Origin: Gemmatimonadales bacterium
Lineage (GTDB): Bacteria; Gemmatimonadota; Gemmatimonadetes; Gemmatimonadales; Gemmatimonadaceae
Assembly (NCBI GenBank): GCA_038319955.1
Contig: JBBQDT010000004.1
Coordinates: forward strand, 545-64,544
Length of the DNA stretch: 64,000 nt
Direction of reading: 5' to 3'
Both the position numbers and the translations under genes were made by a program. This document shows, one piece after another, positions 15,258 to 24,261 of the stretch (position 1 is its first letter; every line of letters starts with the position of its first letter). The notes beneath the pieces are model-generated. The model did no database searches. It was not told the DNA's origin and saw nothing but the letters and a program-made list of their open reading frames with translations.

Positions 15258-16622
15258 ATGTCGCCACCGAAGCCCCTTCGCGTCCTGTTGCTGGCCATCG
15301 CCGTAGCGGCCTGCGGAGGGGATGCAGCCCCAGGCGGCACGGCAGCCATTCCCTCGGTGCCCCAGCCGGTCACGGGCGCCGCGAGCTTCGCGCAGATCCA
15401 GAGCACGATTCTCACGCCGAGCTGCGCAACGTCCGGCTGTCATGTCGGAAGCGCGCCGCAGGCGAATCTCTCGCTGGCCGCCGACGTCGCCTACGCGAAC
15501 CTGGTCGGTGTGCTGCCCACCAATCCCAACGCGCGTGACGACGGCCTGCGCCGCATCGTTCCCGGCAAGCCGGATTCGAGCCTGCTGTACCACAAGCTGG
15601 TCTTTCCGCCCGGGCATCACGCGCACGACTACGGCAACCCGATGCCCACCGGAACGGCGGGCCTGAGCATCGGGCAGCTGGAGTTCGTGCGGCAATGGAT
15701 CGCCGCCGGCGCGCCGAAGGATGGCGTCGTCGCCGATGCCACCTTGCTCGCGAACCGTTCGGCACAGGTGACGCAGCCGTTCGCGCCGCTCGCCGCGCCG
15801 GCCGCTGGCGCCGGTTTCCAGCTCAAGGTGGACCAGTTTCCTGTGGCGGCCAACTTCGAGCGCGAGCTGTTCAACTATCGGAAGGTCGGGAACACGTCGG
15901 ACGTCTTCGTCACGCGCATCGAGACATCGATGCGGCCGTTCAGCCACCATTTCGTCTTTTACACGTTCGCCGGCAACATCCCGCCAGCGTTGGTGCCGGC
16001 GCCCGATGTCGTCCGCGACATCCGGAAGGCCGACAATTCGATGGACTTCGCCAACATGCTGGTGATGGGCTACCACGTGTTCCTTGGCGGATCGATGCAG
16101 GCGCAAAGCAACTATGTCTTTCCAGCGGGAACGGCCCTCCGGCTGCCGGCCAACGCAGCCATCGACCTGAACGTGCACTACGCCAACCACACCAGTACCC
16201 CGGTGCAGGGCGAGGCATACGTCAATTTCTACACGGTGCCGAAGTCGGAGGTCGCCCATCCGCTGTCGACGCTCAACCTCCAGAACACGGGAATGATCCT
16301 TCCGCCCGGGCAGGTCACGACGTCGAGCAAGGACTTCCTCTTCAACGCGCCGACCACGATCACGGGTCTCACGTCGCACATGCATGCGCGTGGCACAAAG
16401 TTCCAGATTCGCATCGTGGGCGGCCCTCGCGACGGTGAACTCGTGTACGAGAACACCGATTGGGAGCATCCCCAGATCGTGACCTACGCGCAGCCGATCG
16501 TGCTGCAATCGGGGCAGGGCCTTCGCTCCGTGGTGACGTGGAACAACACGACATCGCGAACGCTGTACTTCGGCCTCACCTCTGATGACGAGATGGACAT
16601 CATCTTCGGCTACTACTACTAG
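15258..16622 (+). CDS. Lipoprotein: N-terminal cytochrome-c-like (PSCyt1-like, CX4CH) domain fused to a PHM/DBH-like copper monooxygenase-type domain
   Basis: Lipobox LAIAVAAC. ILTPSCATSGCH...IVPGKPDSSLLYHKL...MPTGTAGLSIGQLEFVRQWIAAGAP resembles the planctomycete cytochrome C domain. The C-terminal part carries SHHF, GYHV, TSHMHARG and DDEMD, spaced like the His3 and His2Met copper sites of peptidylglycine monooxygenase. The CDS itself is secure; the functional call is tentative. Confidence 0.65.
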   Translation: MSPPKPLRVLLLAIAVAACGGDAAPGGTAAIPSVPQPVTGAASFAQIQSTILTPSCATSGCHVGSAPQANLSLAADVAYANLVGVLPTNPNARDDGLRRIVPGKPDSSLLYHKLVFPPGHHAHDYGNPMPTGTAGLSIGQLEFVRQWIAAGAPKDGVVADATLLANRSAQVTQPFAPLAAPAAGAGFQLKVDQFPVAANFERELFNYRKVGNTSDVFVTRIETSMRPFSHHFVFYTFAGNIPPALVPAPDVVRDIRKADNSMDFANMLVMGYHVFLGGSMQAQSNYVFPAGTALRLPANAAIDLNVHYANHTSTPVQGEAYVNFYTVPKSEVAHPLSTLNLQNTGMILPPGQVTTSSKDFLFNAPTTITGLTSHMHARGTKFQIRIVGGPRDGELVYENTDWEHPQIVTYAQPIVLQSGQGLRSVVTWNNTTSRTLYFGLTSDDEMDIIFGYYY

Positions 16623-16862
16623 CCGATGAGCGCCGCACAGCGCTGAACCCAGACTGCACAGCGCACACGGATCGACACGGAGCCAGCGGATTTCGCTGAG
16701 AAAACAGAACAGAAAAACTGCGCGAATGTGATTCCGAGCGCTGGTCTGTCGTCTCCGCGCCAATCGCGGTGAGACAATCCGCGCGAATCCGCGTGAGCTC
16801 TGGCGGTTGCAGTTGCACCCAATGTGCGCCGCATTCACGGCGTGCGCGCGCGATGCCGACCC

Positions 16863-17597
16863 CTATTTCCGCCGCGTCCAGAACAGGATCGCGCCGCACG
16901 GGTTCGTGCGGTCCGTGTACTGCGGCGGCACGCCGGCCATCGAGGTGTAGACCTCCATGGCGCCGATGTCGCCCACGGAGATGAGCTCGTCCACCTCGGC
17001 GTCCGCCGCGCGCATGCCATCGAGAAACAGGTTCGGACGACAGCCGCGCAAGCGCACGAGCATGCCGATGCGGCCCGAGCGAATGAGCGTCACACCGGGC
17101 ATGCCGCGGAGGATCTCACTCGGCAGCGACACCCACCTGTCGTCGATCTCTGCGCGGTTGATGAAGCGGCCGAACACGTTCGTTCGGCGCCGCGTCCAGA
17201 ACTCGCGCGGCGCAATGGAGTCGCCGAGCGACTCTTCGCGTATCTCGATGGCGGCGAGTTCCGCACTCGCGACGTACAGCACGAGCCGAAGCGAATCCGC
17301 ACCACCGTCTCCCACTTTCACGGTGCCGTCGAACGGATGGTAGCCGAGGCGCCGCACGAGCAGCTGCGCGACGCCCGATGGAACGCCCACAATCGTGAAG
17401 TGGCCCGCGGCGTCGGTCCTGAGGTCGCGCGTTGCACTGCCCGCCGGCGTCAGGCGAAGTTCGGCGAACGCCACGGGCACGCCGATGGAGTCCGAGACGA
17501 ATCCGGACAGGCGATGCAGCGCTGCCGACTGCGCCGCAACAGAGGGCGCGAACACGACGGAGCCGAGAAAGAGCCACTGAGCCGCGAGACGTCGCAT
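16863..17597 (-). CDS. Stand-alone CarboxypepD_reg-like + TonB-dependent-receptor Plug-like protein (no beta-barrel)
   Basis: Signal peptide, then SGFVSDSIGVPVAFAELRL...TDAAGHFTIVGVPSG (carboxypeptidase regulatory-like fold), then LRGMPGVTLIR...LFLDGMR...IGAMEVY (plug-like). The ORF stops after 244 aa, and no barrel-coding DNA follows. Confidence 0.65.
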   Translation of the reverse strand: MRRLAAQWLFLGSVVFAPSVAAQSAALHRLSGFVSDSIGVPVAFAELRLTPAGSATRDLRTDAAGHFTIVGVPSGVAQLLVRRLGYHPFDGTVKVGDGGADSLRLVLYVASAELAAIEIREESLGDSIAPREFWTRRRTNVFGRFINRAEIDDRWVSLPSEILRGMPGVTLIRSGRIGMLVRLRGCRPNLFLDGMRAADAEVDELISVGDIGAMEVYTSMAGVPPQYTDRTNPCGAILFWTRRK

Positions 17598-17635
17598 GAG
17601 GAAAAGCTAGGGCGCACTGCCGACAATCGCGAATG

Positions 17636-19546
17636 CTACCGGTAGCCGGCCGCCTGCATTTCGAACAGCTCCGCGTAAAGCCCATGCGTCGCGACGAGCG
17701 ACGCGTGCGTGCCTTCCTCGATCACCTTGCCATCACCGAGGACGATGATGCGATCCGCCATGCGCACCGTGGAGAAGCGGTGCGAGATGACCACCGCCAT
17801 TCGTCCCGCCATCAGCTGGTTGAACCGGACGAACACCTCGTACTCGGCACGCGCGTCGAGTGCGGCCGTGGGTTCGTCCAGGATGAGGAGCTGTGCCGAG
17901 CGCATGTAGGCGCGTGCAAGGGCGATCTTCTGCCATTCGCCACCGGAGAGATCGACGCCGTCATCGAAGCGCCGACCGAGCATCTGGCGATAGCCGTCGG
18001 CAAAGCGGGGCAGGAGGCTCGACGCCAGCGAGCTATCCGCTGCGGCGACGAGCGCGCCCGGTGGCGCGTCGGCGTCGGCAGGCTTGGCGTCCCGTACTTG
18101 GGCGAGGTAGCTGGTCACACCTTCAATCTCGCCGACGCCGATGTTCTCGTCGAAGCGCATGTCGTAGCGCACGAAGTCCTGGAAGATCACGCCGATGGCT
18201 TCGCGTAGCGATGCGAGTTCGTACTCACGGAGGTCCACACCGTCCAGTCTGATGGAGCCCTCCGATGGATCGTAGAGACGCGCGAGCAGCTTGGTGATCG
18301 TCGTCTTTCCGGCGCCGTTCTCGCCGACGAGCGCAATGCGTTCACCAGGCACGATGCTCAGGTTGACGTGCCGAATCGCCCATCGTTCACTGCCCGGATA
18401 CTGGAACCCGACATCCTCGAACACGAAGCCGGTGCGAATGGGAGTCGGCACCCGTGCGGCGCCGGGCTTCGATGCGATGGACGGCTTCATCTCGAAGAAC
18501 ACGAACAGGTCGCGCAGGTACAGGCTCTGCTCGTAGATGTCGCTCGCCGAGAGCAGGAGTCGCTGGATGAGGTCGCGGCTGCGGCTGAACGCGCCGGCGA
18601 GAAAGGTCAGCGTGCCGAGACTGATTGCGCCGACCACCGCGCGCAGGAGGATGGTGACATAGGCGCCGTAGTAGCCGAAGGTGCCCACGAGGGAGAGCAG
18701 TGCACTGACGACGCCCTTCCGGATGCTGAGGCTCTTGTTTTCCTCGTAGTAGCGCGCGGCGAGCGCGGCGTAGCGGTCGCTGAGCCAGCCGGCCAGCCCG
18801 AACATCTGGACTTCCTTCGCGGTCTTGTCGCTCGCGCCCACGAAGCGCAGGTAGTCGAGCTCCCGCCGCTCGGGCGTCCGTCGAAAGAGCAGCGAGTAGC
18901 TGAGCGCCGCGAAGTGCGTCTCGCCGAGGAAGCTCGGAAGGATTGCGATGGTGAGGAGAAGCAGGAGCCACGGGTTGTGCACGATGAGCGCGGCGGCGAG
19001 CGTGGCGAGCGTGAGGGCATCCTGCGCCATCGCCAGAAGCATGGCGATGAGCCCGATGCGTGCCGTGGTCTGCCGCCGAGCGCGCTCGAGATGATCGTAG
19101 AACTCGGGATCCTCGAACTGCGCGAGGTCGAGCGTGGCGGCGTGGCGCATGAGACGCACGCTGATGTGATTCGAGAACAGGTCACCGAGAAGCGATTCGA
19201 CGAGCGCGGACGCGCGGGCGAGAAATTCGCCGGCGATCACGACCACGAGCTCGAGCGCGACCACGCGCCAGAGTGGAGTGAGGTCCCCGCCCGGCGTTTG
19301 GGAGAGATGGACGACCTGGTCGATGATCAGCTTTGCGACCCACAGCGCGACGACCGGCACGAAGGCACGGAAGAGGCGAAGGACGATCATCGCCAGGGTG
19401 TAACCGCGATGCGTCTGCCAGACGAGACGGACGAGGGCAGGGAGATAGCGGAGCGCGGCGAGACGCTCACGCCAGCCCTTGGGCCGCTCGTCGTCGGGGA
19501 GTGGGGCTGCACCGGGACCGCCGTGCAGGCGAATGGGAACGCTCAT
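17636..19546 (-). CDS. ABC exporter, fused permease + ATPase (MsbA/multidrug type)
   Basis: Six N-terminal TM segments, Walker A GENGAGKTT, signature LSGGEWQ, Walker B LLILDEPT. Confidence 0.9.
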   Translation of the reverse strand: MSVPIRLHGGPGAAPLPDDERPKGWRERLAALRYLPALVRLVWQTHRGYTLAMIVLRLFRAFVPVVALWVAKLIIDQVVHLSQTPGGDLTPLWRVVALELVVVIAGEFLARASALVESLLGDLFSNHISVRLMRHAATLDLAQFEDPEFYDHLERARRQTTARIGLIAMLLAMAQDALTLATLAAALIVHNPWLLLLLTIAILPSFLGETHFAALSYSLLFRRTPERRELDYLRFVGASDKTAKEVQMFGLAGWLSDRYAALAARYYEENKSLSIRKGVVSALLSLVGTFGYYGAYVTILLRAVVGAISLGTLTFLAGAFSRSRDLIQRLLLSASDIYEQSLYLRDLFVFFEMKPSIASKPGAARVPTPIRTGFVFEDVGFQYPGSERWAIRHVNLSIVPGERIALVGENGAGKTTITKLLARLYDPSEGSIRLDGVDLREYELASLREAIGVIFQDFVRYDMRFDENIGVGEIEGVTSYLAQVRDAKPADADAPPGALVAAADSSLASSLLPRFADGYRQMLGRRFDDGVDLSGGEWQKIALARAYMRSAQLLILDEPTAALDARAEYEVFVRFNQLMAGRMAVVISHRFSTVRMADRIIVLGDGKVIEEGTHASLVATHGLYAELFEMQAAGYR

Positions 19547-19599
19547 GTCACAAGGTAATTCGCGTTGCCTGCACTCGGTTCACGGCCGATCTTTGCCGG

Positions 19600-20934
19600 A
19601 TGAAGCTCACCCGCTCCGTCACGACGCTCTCGCTCGTCTTCATTCTCTACTTCTGCACGTCGGGCGGCGCGTTCACCACGGAGACGCTCGTCCAATCGGT
19701 GGGCCCGGGCTTCGCGCTGCTCGTCCTCGTGCTCGTTCCCATCGTCTACTCGTTGCCCGAAGTGCTCATTGTCGGGGAGCTGGCGAGCATGCTGCCCCTG
19801 GAGGGCGGCTACTATCGCTGGGTGCAGCGGGCGTTCGGGCCATTCTGGGCGTTCCAGAATGGATGGCTCACGTGGATGTATTCGCTGGTGGACATGGCCA
19901 TCTACCCGAAGCTGTTCGTCACGTACCTCGCGTACTTCCTGCCCGGTTTGTCACCGAGCGTCGTGTGGGTCGTTGGTCTGTTCGTCATCTGGGTGCCCAC
20001 AGTGCTCAACCTGATGGGTGCGCAGCGCGTCGGGCGGAGCTCGGTGATCGCGGGGACGTTCATCGTCGGCGGGTTCGTTGCGCTGTCAGTCGTCGCGGTC
20101 ATGCACGCCACGCACGTACCATGGCATCCATTCGCTGCGCCCGGTCGGTCCGGTGCGAGCGGACTCGCCGTGGGGTTATCCATCGCCCTCTGGAATTACA
20201 TCGGGTGGGATAACGCATCGACGGTGCAAGGCGAGGTCAAGGATGCCACGCGCGCGTATCCGCGTGCGCTCGCGTTCGCGCTGCCGCTGGTGGCGGCGGG
20301 CTACCTCGTGCCGTTGCTGGCCACGCTCGCCGCCACCGATTGGACGACGTGGACCGAAGGTAGCTGGCCACAGATCGCGCTGGCCGCGGGTGGCTCGGCC
20401 GGTCCGGTGCTCGCCGCGTGGATGGCGTTGGCGGGCATGGTGAGCGCGCTGGCGCTGTTCAACGCGCTGCTGCTGTCGTATTCGCGCATTCCCTTCGTGA
20501 TGGCGGAAGACGGCTTGCTGCCAGCGGCGTTGGGCCGCACGGACGCGCGAGGCACGCCGCGCAACGCGGTGCTCGTTTCGGCGCTCTGCTACTCCGTGTT
20601 CATGCTGCTGCCGTTCGGCGGGCTCGTCGTCGCCGACGTGCTCCTGTATTCGCTGGCGCTCATGCTGGAGTTCGCGTCACTGCTGCAGCTCCGTCGGCGC
20701 GAGCCGACGCTGCGCGGGGCATTTCGCATTCCCGTCGGCACGGCCGGCGTGGCGGTGCTCGCCGCGCTTCCGCTCGGCGTGTTGTTTCTCGTCGTGGGAT
20801 TGAGCTTTGCGGACGGCGAGTACGGGCTGCCGGCCGTGGGAGGTGCCGCCGTGGCGATCGCGCTGGGACCTGTCGTCTATGCGCTGGCTCGCGCACGAAA
20901 AGCAGGTCCCTCACTGCGTTCGGGACGACTATAG
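19600..20934 (+). CDS. APC superfamily amino acid / polyamine permease
   Basis: Internal ATG 19600 (MKLTRSVTTLSLVFILYFCTSGGAF) begins a ~12-TM protein. The upstream part of ORF 19333.. overlaps the divergent ABC gene. The last ~11 codons are encoded by a REP-like element. Confidence 0.8.
   Translation: MKLTRSVTTLSLVFILYFCTSGGAFTTETLVQSVGPGFALLVLVLVPIVYSLPEVLIVGELASMLPLEGGYYRWVQRAFGPFWAFQNGWLTWMYSLVDMAIYPKLFVTYLAYFLPGLSPSVVWVVGLFVIWVPTVLNLMGAQRVGRSSVIAGTFIVGGFVALSVVAVMHATHVPWHPFAAPGRSGASGLAVGLSIALWNYIGWDNASTVQGEVKDATRAYPRALAFALPLVAAGYLVPLLATLAATDWTTWTEGSWPQIALAAGGSAGPVLAAWMALAGMVSALALFNALLLSYSRIPFVMAEDGLLPAALGRTDARGTPRNAVLVSALCYSVFMLLPFGGLVVADVLLYSLALMLEFASLLQLRRREPTLRGAFRIPVGTAGVAVLAALPLGVLFLVVGLSFADGEYGLPAVGGAAVAIALGPVVYALARARKAGPSLRSGRL
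20902..20929 (-). repeat. REP-like element (reverse orientation)
   Basis: GCAGGTCCCTCACTGCGTTCGGGACGAC is the reverse complement of GTCGTCCCGAACGCAGTGAGGGACCTGC. It spans the overlapping 3' ends of two convergent genes. Confidence 0.7.
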
Positions 20935-22218
20935 TTTCGGCACCACGCCACCCTTCATGACGAAGGTCACGTCCCGCACCGCGTGAATGTCGCGCGACGG
21001 ATCGCCGCGGACCGCCACGAGATCCGCGAGTAGCCCTGGCTTCACCGTGCCGAACTGTTGCTCCATGTGCAGCAACCTCGCATTGGTGCTCGTTGCCGCC
21101 CGCAGTACGGCCAGGGGCGACACGCCGTAGTCCACCAACAGCTCGAGCTCGCGGCCCTCTTCGCCATGCGTGAACACGCCGACGTCACTCCCGCTGCAGA
21201 GCGTCACGCCGGCGTCGAGCGCCGCCCTGACGCTCGCCTTCTTCTCCACGACGCGCTCAGGATCGGGATCGCCCTTCTTGTAGCCGCGATACCGGAGGAG
21301 TGCGTCGCCGGCGGCGACCGTAGGACACAGGGCGACGTTGTGCTCCTTCATCAGGCGAAACACTTCCGGCGTCCCCGAGTCGCCATGCTCGATGGTCTCG
21401 ACACCGGCCAGCGTCGCACGACGCATCCCTTCCGCCGTCGACGCATGTGCGACCACCGCGCGGCCTGACGTCTTCGCGATCTCGACGATCTGCTTCAGTT
21501 CATCGAGCGTGAAGGTGGGGCGCGCCTCGCCATTGGGGCCCCATCGATAGTCGGCGTAGACCTTGATCCAGTCGGCGCCGCGACCGATCTGGTCGCGAAC
21601 CACGCGGGCGAGATTCGACCCATCGGCCTCCTCGGCGCCCTGCGGCACGTCCATATCCGGTGTGAAGCCGCGCGGCCCGTAGCTGCCCGTGGCCACGATG
21701 GCGCGCGTCACCACGAACATGCGCGGTCCGGGAATGATGCCCTGCGCAATCGCCTTCTTCAGGCCGACGTCCGCGTACCCCGCGCCTTCGGTGCCGAGGT
21801 CGCGCACCGTGGTGAAACCGTTGCGGAGCGTCTCGCGCGCGTGGTTGGTCGCGCGCGCCACGCGAAGGGCAAGCGACTCGTGGAGCACCTGGTCGTCCCA
21901 ACTCGTCTCGTTGTACGGATGCAGTAGCAGGTGCGAGTGCATCTCGATGAGGCCGGGCATCAGCGTGCTGCCCGCGAGGTCGACGCGGCGCGCACTGGCT
22001 GGTGCGGCGATCGAGCTGGTGGGGCCTGCGGCCGCGATGCGTTCACCGCGGACGAGAACGCTCCAGCCGTCGTGCATCTCCATGCCATCGAATACGCGCG
22101 ACGGCGTGATGAGGGTGGACGACGTGTCCGGCGTGCGAGCGGCGGGCGTCTGTGCGGCAAGCGGAAAAGCGCTCGCGGCCACGACGGCCAGTGCGAAGCG
22201 AACTGGGTAGGGTTGCAT
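20929..22218 (-). CDS. Secreted amidohydrolase family protein (metal-dependent, TIM barrel)
   Basis: Start at MQPYPVRFALAVVAASAFPLAAQ (ATG 22218-22216). PGLIEMHSHLL and VVAHAST motifs are typical of the Amidohydro_1 family. Confidence 0.85.
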   Translation of the reverse strand: MQPYPVRFALAVVAASAFPLAAQTPAARTPDTSSTLITPSRVFDGMEMHDGWSVLVRGERIAAAGPTSSIAAPASARRVDLAGSTLMPGLIEMHSHLLLHPYNETSWDDQVLHESLALRVARATNHARETLRNGFTTVRDLGTEGAGYADVGLKKAIAQGIIPGPRMFVVTRAIVATGSYGPRGFTPDMDVPQGAEEADGSNLARVVRDQIGRGADWIKVYADYRWGPNGEARPTFTLDELKQIVEIAKTSGRAVVAHASTAEGMRRATLAGVETIEHGDSGTPEVFRLMKEHNVALCPTVAAGDALLRYRGYKKGDPDPERVVEKKASVRAALDAGVTLCSGSDVGVFTHGEEGRELELLVDYGVSPLAVLRAATSTNARLLHMEQQFGTVKPGLLADLVAVRGDPSRDIHAVRDVTFVMKGGVVPKL

Positions 22219-22364
22219 GCGCAGAAGATACGACCCCGAAGGCACGCACGGTATTGCGTCGCTGTTCGCGAAGTCCGACCTTCGATCCGGAAACAGGGGC
22301 GTTCGTTCTCTCGTACGTACGCCGTGACGATGCGTGACCACCCCAAGGAGGAGGAACCGACCGG

Positions 22365-23177
22365 ATGCGCCGCACTTCTGACGAAATCGACTACGAACTC
22401 ATTGGCGACGACCTGCAGGCCGTGATCGTGACCCTCGACCCGGGGGAAACGGTGATCGCGGAGGCAGGCGCGATGATGTTCATGGAAGACGGCATCGAGA
22501 TGAATACGACCCTCGATCCGAACAAGCAGGGCGGCGGCGTGATGGGGAAGCTGTTCGCCGGTGCGCGGCGCGTGCTGTCGGGCGACACGTTCTTCATCAC
22601 CACGTTCCTGAACACCGGGCGGCTGCGTCGCCAAGTGGCGTTCTCGTCGCCCTTTCCGGGCAAGATCAAGCCGGTGGACCTGATGGAGTGGGGCGGGACG
22701 ATCATCGCGCAGAAGGACTCCTTTCTCTGCGCACCCAAGGGCACGAACGTCGACATCGCGTTCACGAAGCGCATCGGCGCGGGCTTCTTCGGCGGCGAGG
22801 GCTTCATCCTCCAGCGTATTTCGGGCGATGGCGTGGCCGTGCTGCACGCCTCGGGCGCACTATGGGAGAAGCGGCTCGAGGACGGGGAGTCCCTGCGTGT
22901 GGACACCGGCTGCATCGTGGCGATGGAGCAACAGGTGCAGTACGACATCCAGATGGTGCCGGGGATCAAGACGGCACTGTTCGGCGGCGAAGGGTTGTTC
23001 TTCGCGACGCTGACGGGTCCAGGAAAGATCATGCTGCAGACGATGCCATTCTCGCGGCTGGCCGATCGCATCATCGCCGCGTCACCGCGCGCAGGTGGTC
23101 GCCATCAGCAGGAAGGATCCGTATTGGGTGGCATTGGCGGCGCGGTCATGGGGGGGCTGCTCGGCGGACGGGATTGA
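22365..23177 (+). CDS. TIGR00266 / AIM24 (DUF124) family protein
   Basis: DDLQAVIVTLDPGETVIAEAGAMMFM, FGGEGFILQRISGDG and GKIMLQTMPFSRLA are characteristic of the family. GGAGGAGG SD upstream. Confidence 0.85.
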   Translation: MRRTSDEIDYELIGDDLQAVIVTLDPGETVIAEAGAMMFMEDGIEMNTTLDPNKQGGGVMGKLFAGARRVLSGDTFFITTFLNTGRLRRQVAFSSPFPGKIKPVDLMEWGGTIIAQKDSFLCAPKGTNVDIAFTKRIGAGFFGGEGFILQRISGDGVAVLHASGALWEKRLEDGESLRVDTGCIVAMEQQVQYDIQMVPGIKTALFGGEGLFFATLTGPGKIMLQTMPFSRLADRIIAASPRAGGRHQQEGSVLGGIGGAVMGGLLGGRD

Positions 23178-23220
23178 AAAGACGGGATGACGGGATGACG
23201 GGAAGACGGGAAGACGGCAT
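23167..23220 (+). repeat. Tandem 8-mer array GACGGGA(T/A), 5 contiguous copies plus 1 upstream; G3-N5-G3-N5-G3-N5-G3 motif
   Basis: Units at 23181, 23189, 23197, 23205 and 23213, plus 23167 inside the end of the TIGR00266 gene. GGG tracts at 23184, 23192, 23200 and 23208. Confidence 0.85.
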
Positions 23221-23238
23221 TCCTGTAGATTCTCTCCC

Positions 23239-24261
23239 GTGACTGCCATAACGACACAGGGTCTTCGGAAGGTGTATGCGCTCGCCGCGCCAAAGAAGCG
23301 CGGCGGGCCACCCTCGTTTGGGCCGCCGGGTGCAGGTGGGCCGCCTCCCGTCGCGCGGAATGGCGCACGTGAGCTCGTGGCGCTCGAGGGTCTCGACCTC
23401 CAGGTGGGAGCCGGAGAGTTCTTCGGACTGCTCGGACCGAATGGCGCTGGCAAGACGACCACCATCGGCATCCTCACCACGCGCGTACTCGCGAGCGCCG
23501 GCAGCGCGAGTGTTGCGGGTGCGGACGTCATCAACGATCCGGTCGGCGTGCGACTGCGCATCGGTGTGGTGCCCCAGCGCGCCAATCCCGATCGCGGACT
23601 CAACGTGATCGAGAATCTCGTCTTCCACTCCGCGTACTTCGGCCTCGCGCGCACGGAGGCCACACGTCGGGCCGAGGCCCTGCTCGAACAGTTCGCGATG
23701 CAGGACAAGACGCACGAGAAGGTCGACGCGCTCTCCGGCGGCCAGCAGCAGCGGCTCATGATCGCGCGTGCGCTGATTCACGAGCCGGACGTCATTTTCC
23801 TCGACGAGCCCACCGTGGGACTCGATCCGCAGGCGCGCCTCGCACTCTGGGAGGTCCTGCGCGGCCTGCACCGCCAGGGCCGCACGATCGTGATGACCAC
23901 CCACTACATGGAAGAGGCCGAGCAGCTCTGCGATCGCCTCGCGATCATCGATCGTGGGAAGTTGCTCGCACTCGACACCACTGCGGCGCTCAAGGCCAAG
24001 GCGCCCGGCGGTACGCTCATCGAGCTCGATCTCGACGGCCCAGCCGACGCGGCTGCGGTTCGTGCACGCGCGATCCAGAACGTCAGCAAGGCCGACGCCG
24101 TGGGCAATGCGCTCCGCGTGCACAGCGCCGTCGGTGGTCGTATCATCTCCTCGGTCATCGAAGCCACCGAAGGCGCCGGACGTCACGTGCGGAACATCAC
24201 GCTCAAGGAGCCCAGTCTGGAAACGCTCTTCATCGAGCTCACCGGGAGGAAGCTCGATTGA
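23239..24261 (+). CDS. ABC transporter ATP-binding protein (ABC-2/DrrA type)
   Basis: Walker A GPNGAGKTT, signature LSGGQQQRL, Walker B VIFLDEPT. GTG start. A Gly/Pro-rich ~25-aa insertion lies before the Walker A region. Confidence 0.9.
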   Translation: MTAITTQGLRKVYALAAPKKRGGPPSFGPPGAGGPPPVARNGARELVALEGLDLQVGAGEFFGLLGPNGAGKTTTIGILTTRVLASAGSASVAGADVINDPVGVRLRIGVVPQRANPDRGLNVIENLVFHSAYFGLARTEATRRAEALLEQFAMQDKTHEKVDALSGGQQQRLMIARALIHEPDVIFLDEPTVGLDPQARLALWEVLRGLHRQGRTIVMTTHYMEEAEQLCDRLAIIDRGKLLALDTTAALKAKAPGGTLIELDLDGPADAAAVRARAIQNVSKADAVGNALRVHSAVGGRIISSVIEATEGAGRHVRNITLKEPSLETLFIELTGRKLD

